A stretch of 64,000 bases of DNA from the human T2T-CHM13v2.0 reference genome, Homo sapiens. Positions within the stretch are counted from its first letter, which is position 1. Each line of letters starts with the position of its first letter. The translations under genes were made by a program, and so were the position numbers. Positions 34,958 to 50,749 of this stretch are shown here, piece by piece. The notes below the pieces were generated by a model, which was not told the DNA's origin, did not search any database, and worked only from the letters and a program-made list of their open reading frames with translations. The DNA lies in NCBI RefSeq assembly GCF_009914755.1, contig NC_060927.1. One strand, 5' to 3'.

Positions 34958-35762
34958 ACCAGAGATATTAGATCCTAAAAGTTCTCCCTAAGGTTACAAA
35001 ATGATTATAAAAAAATTAAGAAAGCTGGAGTTTTTTTTTTCAAAGATCCATGTTTAATTTTAGACATATTGATTGACTCTCTGCTATGAAAGATAAGGAA
35101 ATTAAAACTTTTAATCTTCCTCTCACCTTATTTTCCACTCCCCTCATCTTCTGAGTTTTTTAGTAACATTTTTATAAAGTCAGTATAAGGGATTTATATT
35201 CTACAATTATAGTTCTATGATTCTATCATTATGATGGTTTAGTTTTATGTCTGTAATTAAGTGAATTTGCTGCTCCCTACCTGTCCTTGTACCACAGCTT
35301 CTGCTTTCCTGAATTCTTTATTTTCTAAAATTATGGTTCATTTTTAGTTTGCTGGATTTCCTTGTGAAGTTCTTTTCCAGGTGCACTCAGAGAGTTTGCT
35401 CTCTGGGTTCTTGTATACTTCCAAATTTCTGTTGGTTGTCTTCACATTGAGTTGGCTGGGTATAAAAATTTGATGTCCCGCTTTCTTTCCCATCAGACTC
35501 TGTGAGCATTGCTCCAGTGATTTTGGGTATTGAATTTTGCACTGTTTCTTCTATCATTGCTCCTCTATTCATTTTTGGTTGGCTGAATTTATTATTGGTT
35601 AGGTTTTAAAAGAAGAACTCTTAGATGTTTTATTCTCCATGCCCGTTCATGTTGAGAATGTTTGTCTGCTACCTATATATGTCTGGTATTCATTTTCTTA
35701 TAGGTGATTCTATACTTTTTTGGAGGGTACTGGATGACTGAATACTTTTTTTTTTTTAATAG

Positions 35763-36020
<258 letters not shown>

Positions 36021-36774
36021 TAGCAAGGATTTTTTTTGTGTGTGTTATATGTCCAAGTATATTTTTATTCTGATTTGGGTTCTTTTTCAGGAATAATTTC
36101 TGTGTTGGATGACCTTTGTCCATTATATTTATCATCATCTAAGTGCTTTAAAAAGTCATCTTTTCCCCGAGATTCATTTTTAGTCATCTCAATGTCTTTC
36201 CTCAATCAGCTATTTATTCTTCAGTCAAGCCTAGATTATTCATTGATGTTTAAAATTGCATTATTAGTTCATTAGTAATGTGACTTTTGTCTTCAGGTTA
36301 TTTCATAGCTATATAATTTCTCTTTTGGTCTTTTGGTCTCATTCTGTTTTAAAATTTCATTTTCATGTTCTTGATGATTGATTGCATGTTTCTGTTATTT
36401 CTCTGTAGCCCAAATCAGTTGTAGGAATTTCTTCTAAGATGGGTACTTTGTCAGGAGCATGTTATATTCCTTTTGCTGTGGTAAATGTATAATTGCCTGC
36501 CTCTCTCTTTTCTTCTTTCTCTCTTTTTCTTTCTTTCTTTCCCTCCCTCCCTCCTTCCCTCCCTTCCTTCCTTCCCTCCTTCCTTCCTTCCCTTCCTTCC
36601 CTCCCTTCTCCTCCCCTTTCCTTTCCTCTCCTCTCCTTTCCTTTCCTCCCTTCCTCCCTCTCTCCCTCCCTCCCTTCCTCCCTCTCTCCCTCCCTCCCTT
36701 CCTCCCTCTCTCCCTCCCTCCCTTCCTTTCTTTTCTTTCTTTTCTTTTCTTTTCTTTTCTTTCTTTCTTTCTTT

Positions 36775-36805
<31 letters not shown>

Positions 36806-36955
36806 CCTTCCTTCCTTCCTTCCTTCCTTCCTTCCTTCCTTTCTTTCTTTCTTTTCTTTCTTTCTCTTTCTGTCTTCTTTCTCCCTCCCTCCCTTCCCTC
36901 CCTCCTTCCTTCCTTCCTTCTTTCCTTCCTTCTCTCTCTCTCTTTCTTTCTTTCT

Positions 36956-38917
<1,962 letters not shown>

Positions 38918-40449
38918 CTTTTTCTTTTGTTATTCCTGTTGATGTGGGCAGCTCTGTTCATTCCTTTCTTTTCTCTGATCCGGTGTGTCTCAATTCTCCT
39001 TGGCTCCATTCCTCTATAACTGAGATCTGTTTTTCGCCTCAGCTACAGATTGAAGGCTGGGCAATTGCAATTTTATTCACTTTTCGATTTTCCCAACAGC
39101 ACAGAGCAGGATCTAGGGTGGTGGGTAGAGGAGAATTCTCCTGCGGCTGCATGACCTGGGTTCTAGGCTATCTTCTGGAATTTTATTAAGTACCCCGTTC
39201 TGTGTTTACATGTTCTAGTCAGAGTGTGTCTGTTTCCTAGGGAAGATTCAGACTTCAGATTGTCCTCAAAATTCAGCATGGCACCTTGGAAAGCCATTTT
39301 CCTTTTTCTTTGGGACCTCAAGATTCCCCTCTGGGTGCTACAGGGCTTTTATTGATATCTTGAGAGTTTTACCATGATATTTACTTGGCTCAGACCCTGG
39401 TCTTCCCTTTACACTGGAGGCTGTTGGAGGAAGTCTCAGGATTTTTTTGTTTCACCTTTTCCCCAGTTTGTTTTCTAGGAGCTAAGCGCAATGTTACTTT
39501 GTAGTGTGGAACTTACAGAGTCACACTAAAAACTTGATTAACTTCTTGGTCACCACTTTTTGAAGTTTGTAGGTATTGGGGTTGTTGTTGATGCATTTTT
39601 TTTGCTGGTATTACTATTGTTTACTAATTTTGGATTATTTCATCAGACACAAGAGAGGGAGACCATGTCTGTCTACTTTTTGCCATCTTTACCCTGAAGC
39701 TCTGACATAACTCTATTTTTACATAGTCATATATGTTGATTGCTTCCTTTGAGATTGTGAAGTGGTGATATAAGGCATTTCCCCCCAAGTTTTCGTGCTC
39801 TTCTAGAAAGTGTAGGAAAGCCTCTTTTTACTTCTTTAATTCTGATAATTCTCCAGACACAGTAAAGGTTGGTGATAGCTAAGAATACAAAACAAAACCA
39901 CAAAATTAATGACAGTTATAAAACAATATTAAACAAAGCAAAAAACACCATACAACTTTTATTGAATACCAAAATTGAGCCCAGAGCCAAGATTTTTACA
40001 TAGATAATATTGCTTAATTTGAGATGAGTAATAGCCTAATTTTTTCAGATAAGTAAAATGAGATTCAGAGACTTTAAATTACCTCGAAGCTCAGGGTCAC
40101 ACAGCTAATAAACACCAGAGTCATACTTTGAATGCAGGCATGTGTTGCTCTAGACCTTAAGTTCCTTCCCTGGACTTCTCCAGGAAAGAGCCTAGAAGAA
40201 TTCCTGTGCCACTTCATTGGAGGGAGTGCAGAAGGTAGCTGAGACAGCAACTTTACCAGACAAAGAGAGAACAGAAGGACAGCTCAATCTGTTAGTAAAA
40301 ATACCAGATTTGCAATAGTTCCCCAAGGGGTAGGCTCCCCTCAAAAAACTTAAAGTGCAGTCATGTTTTTGTTCGGGCTTCCAGAGGGAGGCTAATGGAG
40401 TTTTAGAGAGGACAGACTTAGGGATGTTTATACAAATTGTAGGGGACTG

Positions 40450-40855
40450 TATGAATCACCTACTGTGTAATAAAACACCTCAAACTCAGTGCCTTCAATC
40501 AAGAATTATCTATTCTCACTCACGCATCTGACAATAGGCTGGGGTGGGCTATCTAGGTCCAACAGGCCTGACTCCAGGTTGGATCCGGGTTTACTCCACT
40601 AACCTTTCACCCTCCTTACATCAGTGGACTGCCTGGGGCATGGTTACAGTAGAAGTGTAAGAAAGCATGCCCATGCAAGGAAGCACATTGTTTTTGCCTA
40701 AGTCATGTTTGCTAACATCTCACTGGACAAAGCAAGTCACATGGCTAAGCCCAGGGTCAAGGCTCTCCTGTAGAAGTTTGCAAAGTCACTTGGCAAAGGG
40801 CATAAGTATGAGGGACGGGGGTAAAGAATTGGGGTCAATAATTTAATTGGCTACA
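40450..40855 (-). mobile_element. MaLR LTR, MLT1H/I-like
   Basis: AAACTCAGTGCCTT; AAAGCAAGTCACATGGCTAAGCCC; GCAAAGTCACTTGGCAAAGGG; ends CTACA. Confidence 0.7.
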
Positions 40856-42019
40856 GGAACTAGGAAGATTTTTAAAAAGCAGACAAGAAAACCAGCACAA
40901 AAACCCTGAGAACTAAAGACATTAAATTGAGAGTTTCTGTCTTGTTTGAGGATGTTATCTTTGGAAAAACAAAGTACAGGCTCTATAGCTAACTCAAGGA
41001 CCTTTCTAGATGAGACCTGACATTGAATGATGAGGATAGAAATGTGGCCGTTATGAAAGTCAGAAATTACTCATTGTCCTAGAGCCCTATTTACCTCACA
41101 CACTATTTTGCTAGGCTGCAATCCTGAGGAGAACGAGGATTATTTCTGTCATTTTCTTTGGTATTTTCCTCTCATTTAATTCAGTGCTTGGCATATAATA
41201 GGTGTCTGACAGTTCTTTATTGTATAAATGACTGAATGAATAAAATACAGAAGCTGTATTTGGGGAAAATTTTAAGCTTTTTTTTTTTTTTTTTACTTTG
41301 GCTTGCATAAAAAAATATGGATAATCAGGCAGTAGTAAGTTGGGACTGAACCAGCATCCAGAGTAAAAATGGGTTCAAAATGTCACTCTCTTCTTAGATC
41401 AGAAATCTCACAATTTGCTGAGCATTAATAAAGCATTAACCCTGGAAAAAATGTGTGAGGAGGGCGTGGCCTCAAATTGATGCAGAGAAGAGTTAAAAAG
41501 AGGAAATGGAGAGCAAGCCCTTTTCCAGATTGAAGAAAGAACCATCCAGGGACCTCCTGTCACAAACCAGATGGCAGCCTCCAGCTGGCTGCCCTGGAGA
41601 TACTGAAATTGGAAATACTCCATAGCCAAGCAGACCCACCCACTTGCAGGTCTGTGGGAGGCCCTGGATGCTAAGGTTTGTAATTACCTCCCAACTGAGT
41701 CTTTGTGTGGTAATACAGCTGGCAGAGCTGAAGCTACTACAACATTTTCTGTATTAATTTGAAATTGCCTCAAATCATATTATTTTATGGATGTAAAGAC
41801 ATAATGCTGGCTAAATCAACATTTAGGTCCTGAATTTTTTTTTTTTTTGATAGTATGGTAATGGTGGTGGTGCCAGGGAGGTGAGGAAGTTATAAAAACA
41901 CATCTTACTTGGACTTTCCAATATCATTGGTGGTGATATGACTTTGTCTACCTTTTTGCAGAGCAAGTTGATGATGATTATCAAAATTTTAAACCTTTGG
42001 CACCAGCAGGGGCCTTTCC

Positions 42020-42360
42020 AGTAGGGCTTTGTGGGCCATGTTAAGCCATCTTGTTTATATGTTAAGAGTACAGGGAAGCTATTATAATGTGTTTAAAGCA
42101 AGAATGGCTGGATGTTGGGGATCGGTGATCTGATTAGATTTCTACTTTGAAAAGGTACCAATTGAGAGACAACTGTAGAAGTGCAGATGAGAGAAGATGG
42201 TAGCTTGGACTGAAGTGTTGGTAATAAAAATGGAAAGGAGGGGTACATTTGAGTGAATTCTGGAAGAAAATTTATCAGGATTTTGTAACTATTGGATCTG
42301 GGGTGATTCAAGGAAGGCAGCTAAGTTTTTATCTAGATGGGTGATGATTCTCCTCAGATG
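42020..42360 (-). mobile_element. L2 fragment
   Basis: GTAGGGCTTTGTGGGCCATG; CAGATGAGAGAAGATGGTAGCTTGGACT. Confidence 0.55.
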
Positions 42361-42391
42361 GGTTTGCTTTTGGGCTACGAAATACTGTGCT

Positions 42392-42631
42392 CTTATAAGC
42401 AGGAGCTAAATGATGAGCACATTTGGACACATAGAGAGGAACCACACACACTGAGGCCTATTAGAGGGTGGAGAGTGAAGGAGGGAGAGGATCAGAAAAA
42501 AAATAACCAGTGGGTACTAGGCTTAATACCTGGATGATGAAATCATCTGCACAACAACCCCCCACGACACACATTTACCTATGTAACGAAACTGCATCTG
42601 TATCCTGAACTGAAAATAAAAGTTAAAAAAA
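42392..42631 (+). mobile_element. L1PA13-16-like 3' end (about 240 bp)
   Basis: GGAGCTAAATGATGAG...GGGTACTAGGCTTAATACCTGG...AAAATAAAAGTTAAAAAA; TSD GAAATACTGTGC / GAAATACCATGC. Confidence 0.88.
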
Positions 42632-43794
42632 GAAATACCATGCAGCTATTAATAAGGACAAGTAGATCAATCTTTCAAATTATTCAGATGCTAACAAATG
42701 TCCATATGATGTAATTAAGTGAGAAAATTAGCTTGTAAAGTAGTAGAAATATTTTAGAGTATGCTAACATCTACCTTCCTATCAATTTTTATATGCTTTG
42801 AAGGGGTTTGTGAATATCAGCACCAAGTTAATAACGGCATTCACCTCTAGAATGTGGGCAGAATTATAGGGAAGTTTTACTTCCTCCTTAATATATTTTT
42901 ATATTATTTGGTATTTATAACAGGCATGCTATAATTTGACAGTATCCCAGTAGCTGACCAGAAGAAAAGCCAGAAAGATTGAGGGCTGAATATTTAAGGG
43001 TCAGTCCTTCTAGGGACCTAATGGAGCCTGAGGGAATGCAGAACCACCAGCCCCAGCTCAGAAGCCAGTGTATGTAGAGGAGCCAGTGAAAGGAAAAGCA
43101 GCTTTGGAAGGAACCCCCAGTGGTTTTACCTGTGCCAAACAAACCTGTGGGTATGAATCGACGGTGTCCCTGGAGTGTATATAATCCAGTACAGTGTGGT
43201 AAGAGCTGTGTGGATGTGGGGCTGCAGCCAGTCTGCAGGGTGGCAGAGGAAGAAGGATGACCATGTGTCTCTGGTGCATGAAATGTTCAAAATGGGGAAT
43301 AAAACCTGAGCAGGCAGAAATGAAAACTTGACAGGTTTCTGCAGTTTATGTTTCTGTTCTATTTTTCTTAAGTTCTATCCATCTCTGCATGGAGCCACAA
43401 ACCACAGGGACATTGTACCCATCAGTTAGACTGCTTGTCAAGGATGCCTGCAGTCAGCCCAAATGTGAGATGTTTAATCCTCTAATTATAGATGACTCCA
43501 GTAGCAACAGGCGCTCTGAACCCCCAGCCAGGATCACAAGAGACAAAATCCTGCCTCCTTCAGGTAAATCCTGCGATTACCCAGCACAGGAAAAAAGTGG
43601 GATCTGAAGGGTTCTTTATTGGAAGTCTGCATGAGCACTGGCTTTCTGAAGCCTGGCTTCATAGGCCCCATGTGGTGCCCATCAGCTCAGTCTTTCTTCA
43701 CCACACAACCCAGACCATGCTGTTCAACCTGCCAGCCAATTTGAGGTGTGAGCTGCAATTAATCATCATTTAATTTTCAATCCTGGGTATTTAA

Positions 43795-44020
43795 TGCAGC
43801 ATAGTGCAGTGTAATCTCTTGGGTTTGAATCCAGCTCTGCCACTTTACCTAGCTGTCTGAGATTTGAAAAATTATTCCTGTTGCCTCAGTTTCCTCATCT
43901 GCACAATAATGATAATTACTAGTACCTACTTCATATGGCCAATGTGAATATTGAAGGAGTTACATGTGAGACTCTTAGGGTTGTGTCTGCAAAGAGTAAG
44001 CACTCAGTAAATGCTAATCA
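43795..44020 (+). mobile_element. MIR
   Basis: GGGTTTGAATCCAGCTCTGCCACT; GCCTCAGTTTCCTCATCTG; AGTAAGCACTCAGTAAATG. Confidence 0.8.
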
Positions 44021-45227
44021 TTTATATTTGTTGTATTCCGATTAGTGTTAGAAGTCTTCAGAGTAAATCAATTCCACATCAACCACTGCCTATCTTTTCA
44101 GTATTTGGGCATATAGGGAGGATCCTCTATTTTGGAAATGAGGAAAATAAGGCTTTCCTGTGAGAATGAAACAAAAAGATAAATGCATGGTAGATCACAA
44201 CAAAGTCACCTCAAAGTGGTGGAATGGCTCCTGGGCAAGCAGGGCTCAACTGTAACCACTCATCATTCATTCATTCAATGACTTCTGAGTGCCTACCATG
44301 TCTCAGGCATGAAGCTGAGTGCTAGATGTAAATTGGAACTTGATGCTTGACTTCATGGACCTTACCAGCCAGTGGGGGAAACCGGCAATAAATGAGACTG
44401 AACAAATTGCATTAGATATTATAAAGAAAAGAAAGAGAATACAATTAGAAGGTGGGTGGGGGGTTGGCTGTATAGTATTCCATTGTATGACTGTAACATG
44501 CACTATCTGACCTTTCTATTGTTGGTGGACATTACGTTTTTTTTTCAATTTCTTTTGTGATTATGAAAAATGCTGCTATGAACATTCTTATATATTTGTT
44601 CTGGTATACAGAGGCAGTTTTGATAAGTTGTAATTTTCTACAAATTTGTCCATTCAGTAACCAAGGCCAGGGCGGTGGCACTCATGGATGTATGCAATAA
44701 GGGAGCTCATTGTAGAAAATTTTTAAGCAACAGTACAATCGATGAAAATCTCAGCAATTCCAGATAATACCCCAACATCTTGTGGGTTAAATTCTAAAAT
44801 AAGGGCTGAGATTTCTGGTGCATCTTCACGATATGTGTGTAAGCTTCAAACTGGCACTTTAAAATCTTATTTAAAACACACTACATTATGTGTAAAAGTT
44901 AATTCGGAGAATTCGTAATTATAGAGTTAGCTCTTGAAACACTTGGACTCAGCTATACACCTTTGCTCCTGGGGTAAGTTTATACAGTTGGGAATTATTG
45001 GAGCTTACCTGCTTTGGGTGCAGCTAATATATCTAAGTCTTGTGTTACTACATGTTTCCGGGCTTAAAGTGTATGTTAGAAATTAACAGTGCTAGCACAG
45101 TGATTAGAAAAACAAAGAAATATAACTTGAATTACATAAATTCTATAATTCTGTGACCACTTGGTGTTTTCAAATATCTGTATTGATATTTGAAAGTGGC
45201 TAGAATGGATCCTAAGGAAACAAAGGC

Positions 45228-45560
<333 letters not shown>

Positions 45561-45898
45561 TTATTGTGAAGTGAGATTTTTATGAATAGCAGCCGAGTTC
45601 AATATTGTATTTAAGACTTTTTCTAAAGACTTATGTATCTATTCCTTCATATGGAAGATACTTTTCAAAATTAAAATAAATAAAATAGACGTTTTGGTCA
45701 ACTGAGTGAAATAGATTGACAAATCTGGCCAGATTGTCTATGGACATGAATATAAGGAGAAGATAAATTTCGATAAAGTCATTGAAAAAATTACAGAAAT
45801 TTAGGCTCAAAAATGGAAATTATGATATGTGTATTCATTACTATGTCACATAAATATGTAAGCATAAGTATTTTCCTTTTAAAAATACATTAAGGCAA

Positions 45899-46205
45899 CT
45901 GAGCACTGTGGCTCACACCTATAATCTTAGCACTTTGGGAGGGCAAGGCTGGAAGATCACTTGAGTCCAGGAGTTTGAGACCAGCCTGGGCAACATACAG
46001 ATATCTCATCTCTACAAAAAAACTTTAAAAGTAGTCAGGCATGGTAGTACATGCCTATGTTTCCAGCTACTCAGGAGGCTGAGTTGGAAGGCTGGTGTAA
46101 GCCTGGGAGGTCGAGGCTGCAGGGAGCCATGATTGCACCACTGCATTCCAGCCTGGGCAACAGAATAAGACCCTGTCACAAACAAACAAACCCAAAACCA
46201 ACACA
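45899..46205 (+). mobile_element. AluJ (Jo-like)
   Basis: TSD ACATTAAGGCAA at 45887-45898 and 46206-46217; GGTCGAGGCTGCAG. Confidence 0.93.
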
Positions 46206-46244
46206 ACATTAAGGCAATTGAAAACTATTAATCCATTACTTTTT

Positions 46245-46276
<32 letters not shown>

Positions 46277-47264
46277 TGGTTTTCCTTCCCTGGCCTCAAA
46301 ATATACTTTGAAATTACTAAATTCGTGCCTTCAGGATAGTCCAGGAATAGGAATTTAAAAATAATTAAGACAACATAAGATAACATCTACTGTGAAACAT
46401 ACTTCCATTTAAAAAGTATTTGATCCAGTTTTCATCCTTTTTCTATAATAGGTATTTTATTACATTTTTCAAACATATGTCTATGTTTACTAGCATATAA
46501 GATTTAATAAAAAAATTTTCACTTTTTTCCCCATTATTATTACCTGTTTGATTATGTAATTATTCCTGAAAATAATTTTGTTGAATAGAAGATGAGAATG
46601 TTAAAAATTATCTGCTCCGGGTATCAAAGATGCCAGATATGTCATGGTGTCCATTTCATTTATGTTTTCAAATTTATAGGTATTAAGTTGCTCAAAATTT
46701 TCTCTTAGCTGTTAGATGTCTTCAACGTTTATCTACATGGATTTCCTTTTCATTCCTGCTGTGAGTTATTTGTCCCATCTCCTATTCCAAAGAATCAGCT
46801 TTGACTTTGTTTCCTCTTTCATATGTCTGGCCCATATAATTGATTTCTGTTATTCCCTCTTCCAATTTTTTCTTCCCTTTTTATCCTTTTTTGAGATGGA
46901 TGCTTAAATCAATTTTTTCTTTACTAATAGATGCATTTTAAAGCTTATATTTACTACAAGTTGTTCAGTGTATAGTATTTTTAGTGTCATTTAGCTCTAA
47001 ATGTTTTAAATTTCCATTATTTCCTCTGTGACCTATGATTGATACATCTTAATTTCCAAATGTTTGAGAACTTAAAAATTGTTTTCACAGTATTTCTGAT
47101 TTAATTGCATTGTGCTCAGTCCTCAGAAATTTGTTGAGACTTGCTTCATGGTCCATTATATGGTCTATTTTTGTAAATATATGTGTATGTTTGCAGAAAA
47201 TGGTATATTCTGCAGCTGTTGGGCATAGCATTCTCTAGATGTCTATTTGGTCAGGTTTATTGAT

Positions 47265-47657
47265 CCTTTTTCCTAGTGTTGTTACAATAAAACACCTTAG
47301 ACTGGATAATTTATAGAGAATAAAAATTAATTTTCTCCCAGTTCTGGAGGCTGGGAATTCTAAGATCAAGGTGTCAGTAGATTGGGGTTGTCTGGTGAGG
47401 GCTTACTTTCTGTTTTGAAGATGGTGCATCTTGCTGCATCCTCATATAGTGAAAGAGGTGAAAAAGAGATGAATGCTGTGTCCTCACATGGCCAAAGGAG
47501 TAGAAGGGCAAAAAGGGAAGAACTTGCTCTCTCAACCTTTTTTATAAAGGACTAACCCCATCTATGAGGGCAGAACCCCACCTCTTAACAGCATCACCTT
47601 AGGGTTTCAGTTTCAACATGTTAATTTTGGAAGGATACATACATTGAAACAATAGCA
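47265..47657 (-). mobile_element. MaLR LTR, MLT1A-like
   Basis: GTTCTGGAGGCTGGGAATTCTAAGATCAAGG; TTTCAACATGTTAATTTTGG; ends ACAATAGCA. Confidence 0.8.
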
Positions 47658-47772
47658 ATACTGTTTTTTGAATCTTCTATATCCTTACTAGTTTTTATCA
47701 GCATATTCTGTCAATCACTGAAAGAGAGGTGTCAAACCTTCACAAATTGTGCATGTTTATTTTTCCATCTCT

Positions 47773-48074
47773 CTTTTTTTTTTTTTTTTTTGAGACGGAG
47801 TCTCGCTCTGTCACCCAGGCTGGAGTGCAGTGGCTTGATCTCGGCTCACTGCAAGCTCTGCCTCCTAGGTTCTTGCCATTCTCTTGCCTCAGCCTCCCAA
47901 GTAGCTGGGACTACAGGTGCCCCCACCACGCCCGGCTAATTTTTTTTTGTATTTTCAGTAGAGACAGGGTTTCACTATGTTAGCCAGGATGGTCTCGATC
48001 TCCTGACCTCGTGATCTGCCTGCCTCGGCCTTCCAAAGTGCTGGGATTACAGGCGTGAGCCACCAAGCCCGGCC
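47773..48074 (-). mobile_element. AluY
   Basis: GCAAGCTC, TGTTAGCCAGGATGGTCTCGATC; TSD TTTCCATCTCT at 47762-47772 and 48075-48085. Confidence 0.96.
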
Positions 48075-49154
48075 TTTCCATCTCTTCTGTTAATTTTGCA
48101 CTATCTATTTTAGGCCATGTTATTAAATGCACATAAGTTTAAAAATCATTTTGTTTTCCTCATAAATTGAACTTTTTTATTGTTAAGAAGTGATAGTCCT
48201 CACCTCTAGAAATGATCTTTGCCTCGAATTCTGTTTCCTCTTATATTAATATAGCAATATCATCTTTCTTTTTATTTGTATTTTCATGCTACCTTTTACT
48301 TTCAACTTTTCTATATCTTTATATTTTATGTGTCTTTTGAAAACTGTATGTAGTTGGATTTTATGTTTTTCTAACTTCATTTTTTCCTATATTGAAGCAT
48401 TGTTGATTTATATTAATTGTAATTTCAGATATATTTGGAATTTTTATGCTATACATTTTCTATATCAATTTTATGCTTGTTCCTCCCTGTTTATTTTTAC
48501 TATATTTGTTCCACCTCTTAATTGTTTTGTGTATTATGTGCTTTATGTTATTTTAGAAGCTACTCTGGAAATTACAAAAATGTATCTTTAAATTATAAAA
48601 GAACAAATTTAAAAAATAACTGTTATCCATCTTTCAAATAACTAGAACATTATAACTCCATTTATCATACTTTTTATTTATATATATTTGCTATCTGGTA
48701 ATAATGTCCTTTGAATTTTTAACATTATTAGGCATTGTAATTTAGCTGATTTACACAATCAATGTTTATTTTCAATTTCGATATATTTTTACTCAATTTT
48801 CACTTTATATACACTTATACCTCAGATCTTCAATCTGGGATCAGTTGCTTACAGCATGTCCTTCAGAATTTTTTTTTGGTGAGGGTATGCTGGTGATGAG
48901 CTTTTCAAAAGTATTTTTCTGAAATATTTTTATCTTCTCTCTTCAAAGATATTTTTACTGAATATAGAATTCTACCTTTTTCTTGCCTTCAGGACTTTAA
49001 AAAGATATTCAATTGTCTTTTAGCTTCCATTGTTGATGTTCAGAAGTCAGTTATCCATCTAAATGCTACTTCTTTGCAGGTAATCTCTCCATTTTCACAG
49101 ACTGCAATTATGATTTTCCCTTTATCTTTTTAAAAAAATAGTTTCTATGATTTG

Positions 49155-49289
49155 GGCTGGGCATAGTGGCTCAGGCCTGCAATCTCAGCACTTTGGGAGA
49201 CTGAGGTGGGAGGATTGCTTGAGGCCGAGAGCTCGAGACCAGCCTAAGCAACATAGAAAGACTCCATCTCTACAAAATAATTTAAAAAA
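49155..49289 (+). mobile_element. FLAM_C / free left Alu monomer
   Basis: Single monomer; 15-bp TSD AGTTTCTATGATTTG at 49140-49154 and 49290-49304. Confidence 0.9.
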
Positions 49290-49924
49290 AGTTTCTATGA
49301 TTTGTATAAAAGTGAATTTCTTTTTATTTATCCTTTTTGGGATTCTCTAGGATCTTTGAATCTGTGGATCTTTGCCTTCAATCAGTTTTAAAAATTCTTA
49401 GGCATTCTCTTTTCGCAGATTGCCTCTGTCCCTTTTTCTTCCATTTTTCTGAGCTTTAAATTTGGATTATATTTTTTTTTAGAAGTTCTATTTAGTTTTT
49501 TTCTAAATCTGCTATAATGCTTTTTATAGTGTTTTGTTCCTAGCAGATATTTTCAAGTTTGTCATTTATGGGCAATTTATCAATTTATCATTGTAAACAT
49601 GATAAATAGCTATGGTAAACATCATCATTTAAAAAAATTGTGTCTGATAGCTGCAATATTTGAATTGTGTGGATCTGTGTCTGCTGTCTCCGGTTTCTCT
49701 TAGTTATTGAATATATTCATATTATCTTGTATTCTTATAGGCTTGGTAATTTTTGATTGCTAACTGGTCATTGATTTGCAAACATAATTTGTGGAAGTTC
49801 GTTGAGGGCTAGAATAGATGTGTTTACCTTTAGAGAGACTTTGTACTTGCTTCTGCCAGTGGCCTAAATACCCTACCCTTTACAACCACCACAAAATAAG
49901 TTCATAGATAAATGTGCATGAGAG

Positions 49925-50472
49925 CCTATAGAGCCCCACTTAAATTCCCTCCAGTCCCTCCTACTGGCTCTGTGTGTTTATGCCCCAGATTTGCTGCTGG
50001 GTTTATGCCCCAGCTTTGCTGTTTTGCGGCTAATAGCTGGGACCTGTAATATTCTTCAGTGGATTGTGCTTGGACTATTGAGTCTAATTTGCCCGTTGAG
50101 ATAGCTGAAAGTTTCTGGGAGCACAACCCCTCAGAGCTGTCTATAACCAATGACTGCTTGGTACTAGAATACCTAGTAGTTGATATCATCTCAGGAAAGC
50201 CTGTAGTCAATGACTGCTTGGTGCAGGAGTACAGAAGTCCAGCTCCCTTGTCTGGAAGTGGGAAAACCTTGACATGAAATTTATACATCAGAGCTTCCTG
50301 CAGGATCAGGCTAAAGCTAGGATTCACCGGAATTTTCTTCCTAGCTTGGCTTCTCCCCTTTTTCAATTATGCTTCCCCTAGTCACCAGTTTCTCCTGAGA
50401 GTGTTTCCCTAACAAATCACTTGAATTGAATCCTTGCTCAGGGTCTGCTTTTTGAAGAACCTGATTGAAGAT
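49925..50472 (+). mobile_element. ERVL solo LTR, LTR16-like
   Basis: CAATGACTGCTTGGT motifs; 3' end AAATCACTTG..AATCCTTGCTCAGGGTCTGCTT...GAACCTGA typical of LTR16. Confidence 0.65.
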
Positions 50473-50749
50473 AAGAACTGCCTACAGCTAAAACCTACCA
50501 GAGATAGCTTCTTTGATTTTTTTTCATTTTTGATCTGCTTAGCAAGGCAGCTGTTTCCACCATTCCCAGTGGGCAGATCTAGCTAGATCTGATTTTTCTC
50601 TTTTCTTGAAGGTGTATCTTTCTGGGATCTTAAGTTAATATAAGGAAAGTCTCGAACAACACTCCATACCTGGATGAATTCTGGACTTTGGCCTTTCTCT
50701 CTTACTCCCCCTGTCTCTGACCAAACGGTGACCCAGAGAACAAGCATTT

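Larger units (their letters stand above)
46656..49870 (-). mobile_element. Old L1M/L1ME fossil hosting MLT1A, AluY and FLAM
   Basis: TTTAATTGCATTGTG; TATATTCTGCAGCTGTTGGG; GCTTCCATTGTTGATGTTCAGAAGTCAG. It continues the L1 sequence left of 44654. Confidence 0.65.

Noticed and set aside
49926-50366. 146-aa ORF and internal duplications (25-bp period at 49976/50001; CAATGACTGCTTGGT at 50148/50208)
   Set aside because: It lies inside an LTR16-like element, where short duplications are common.
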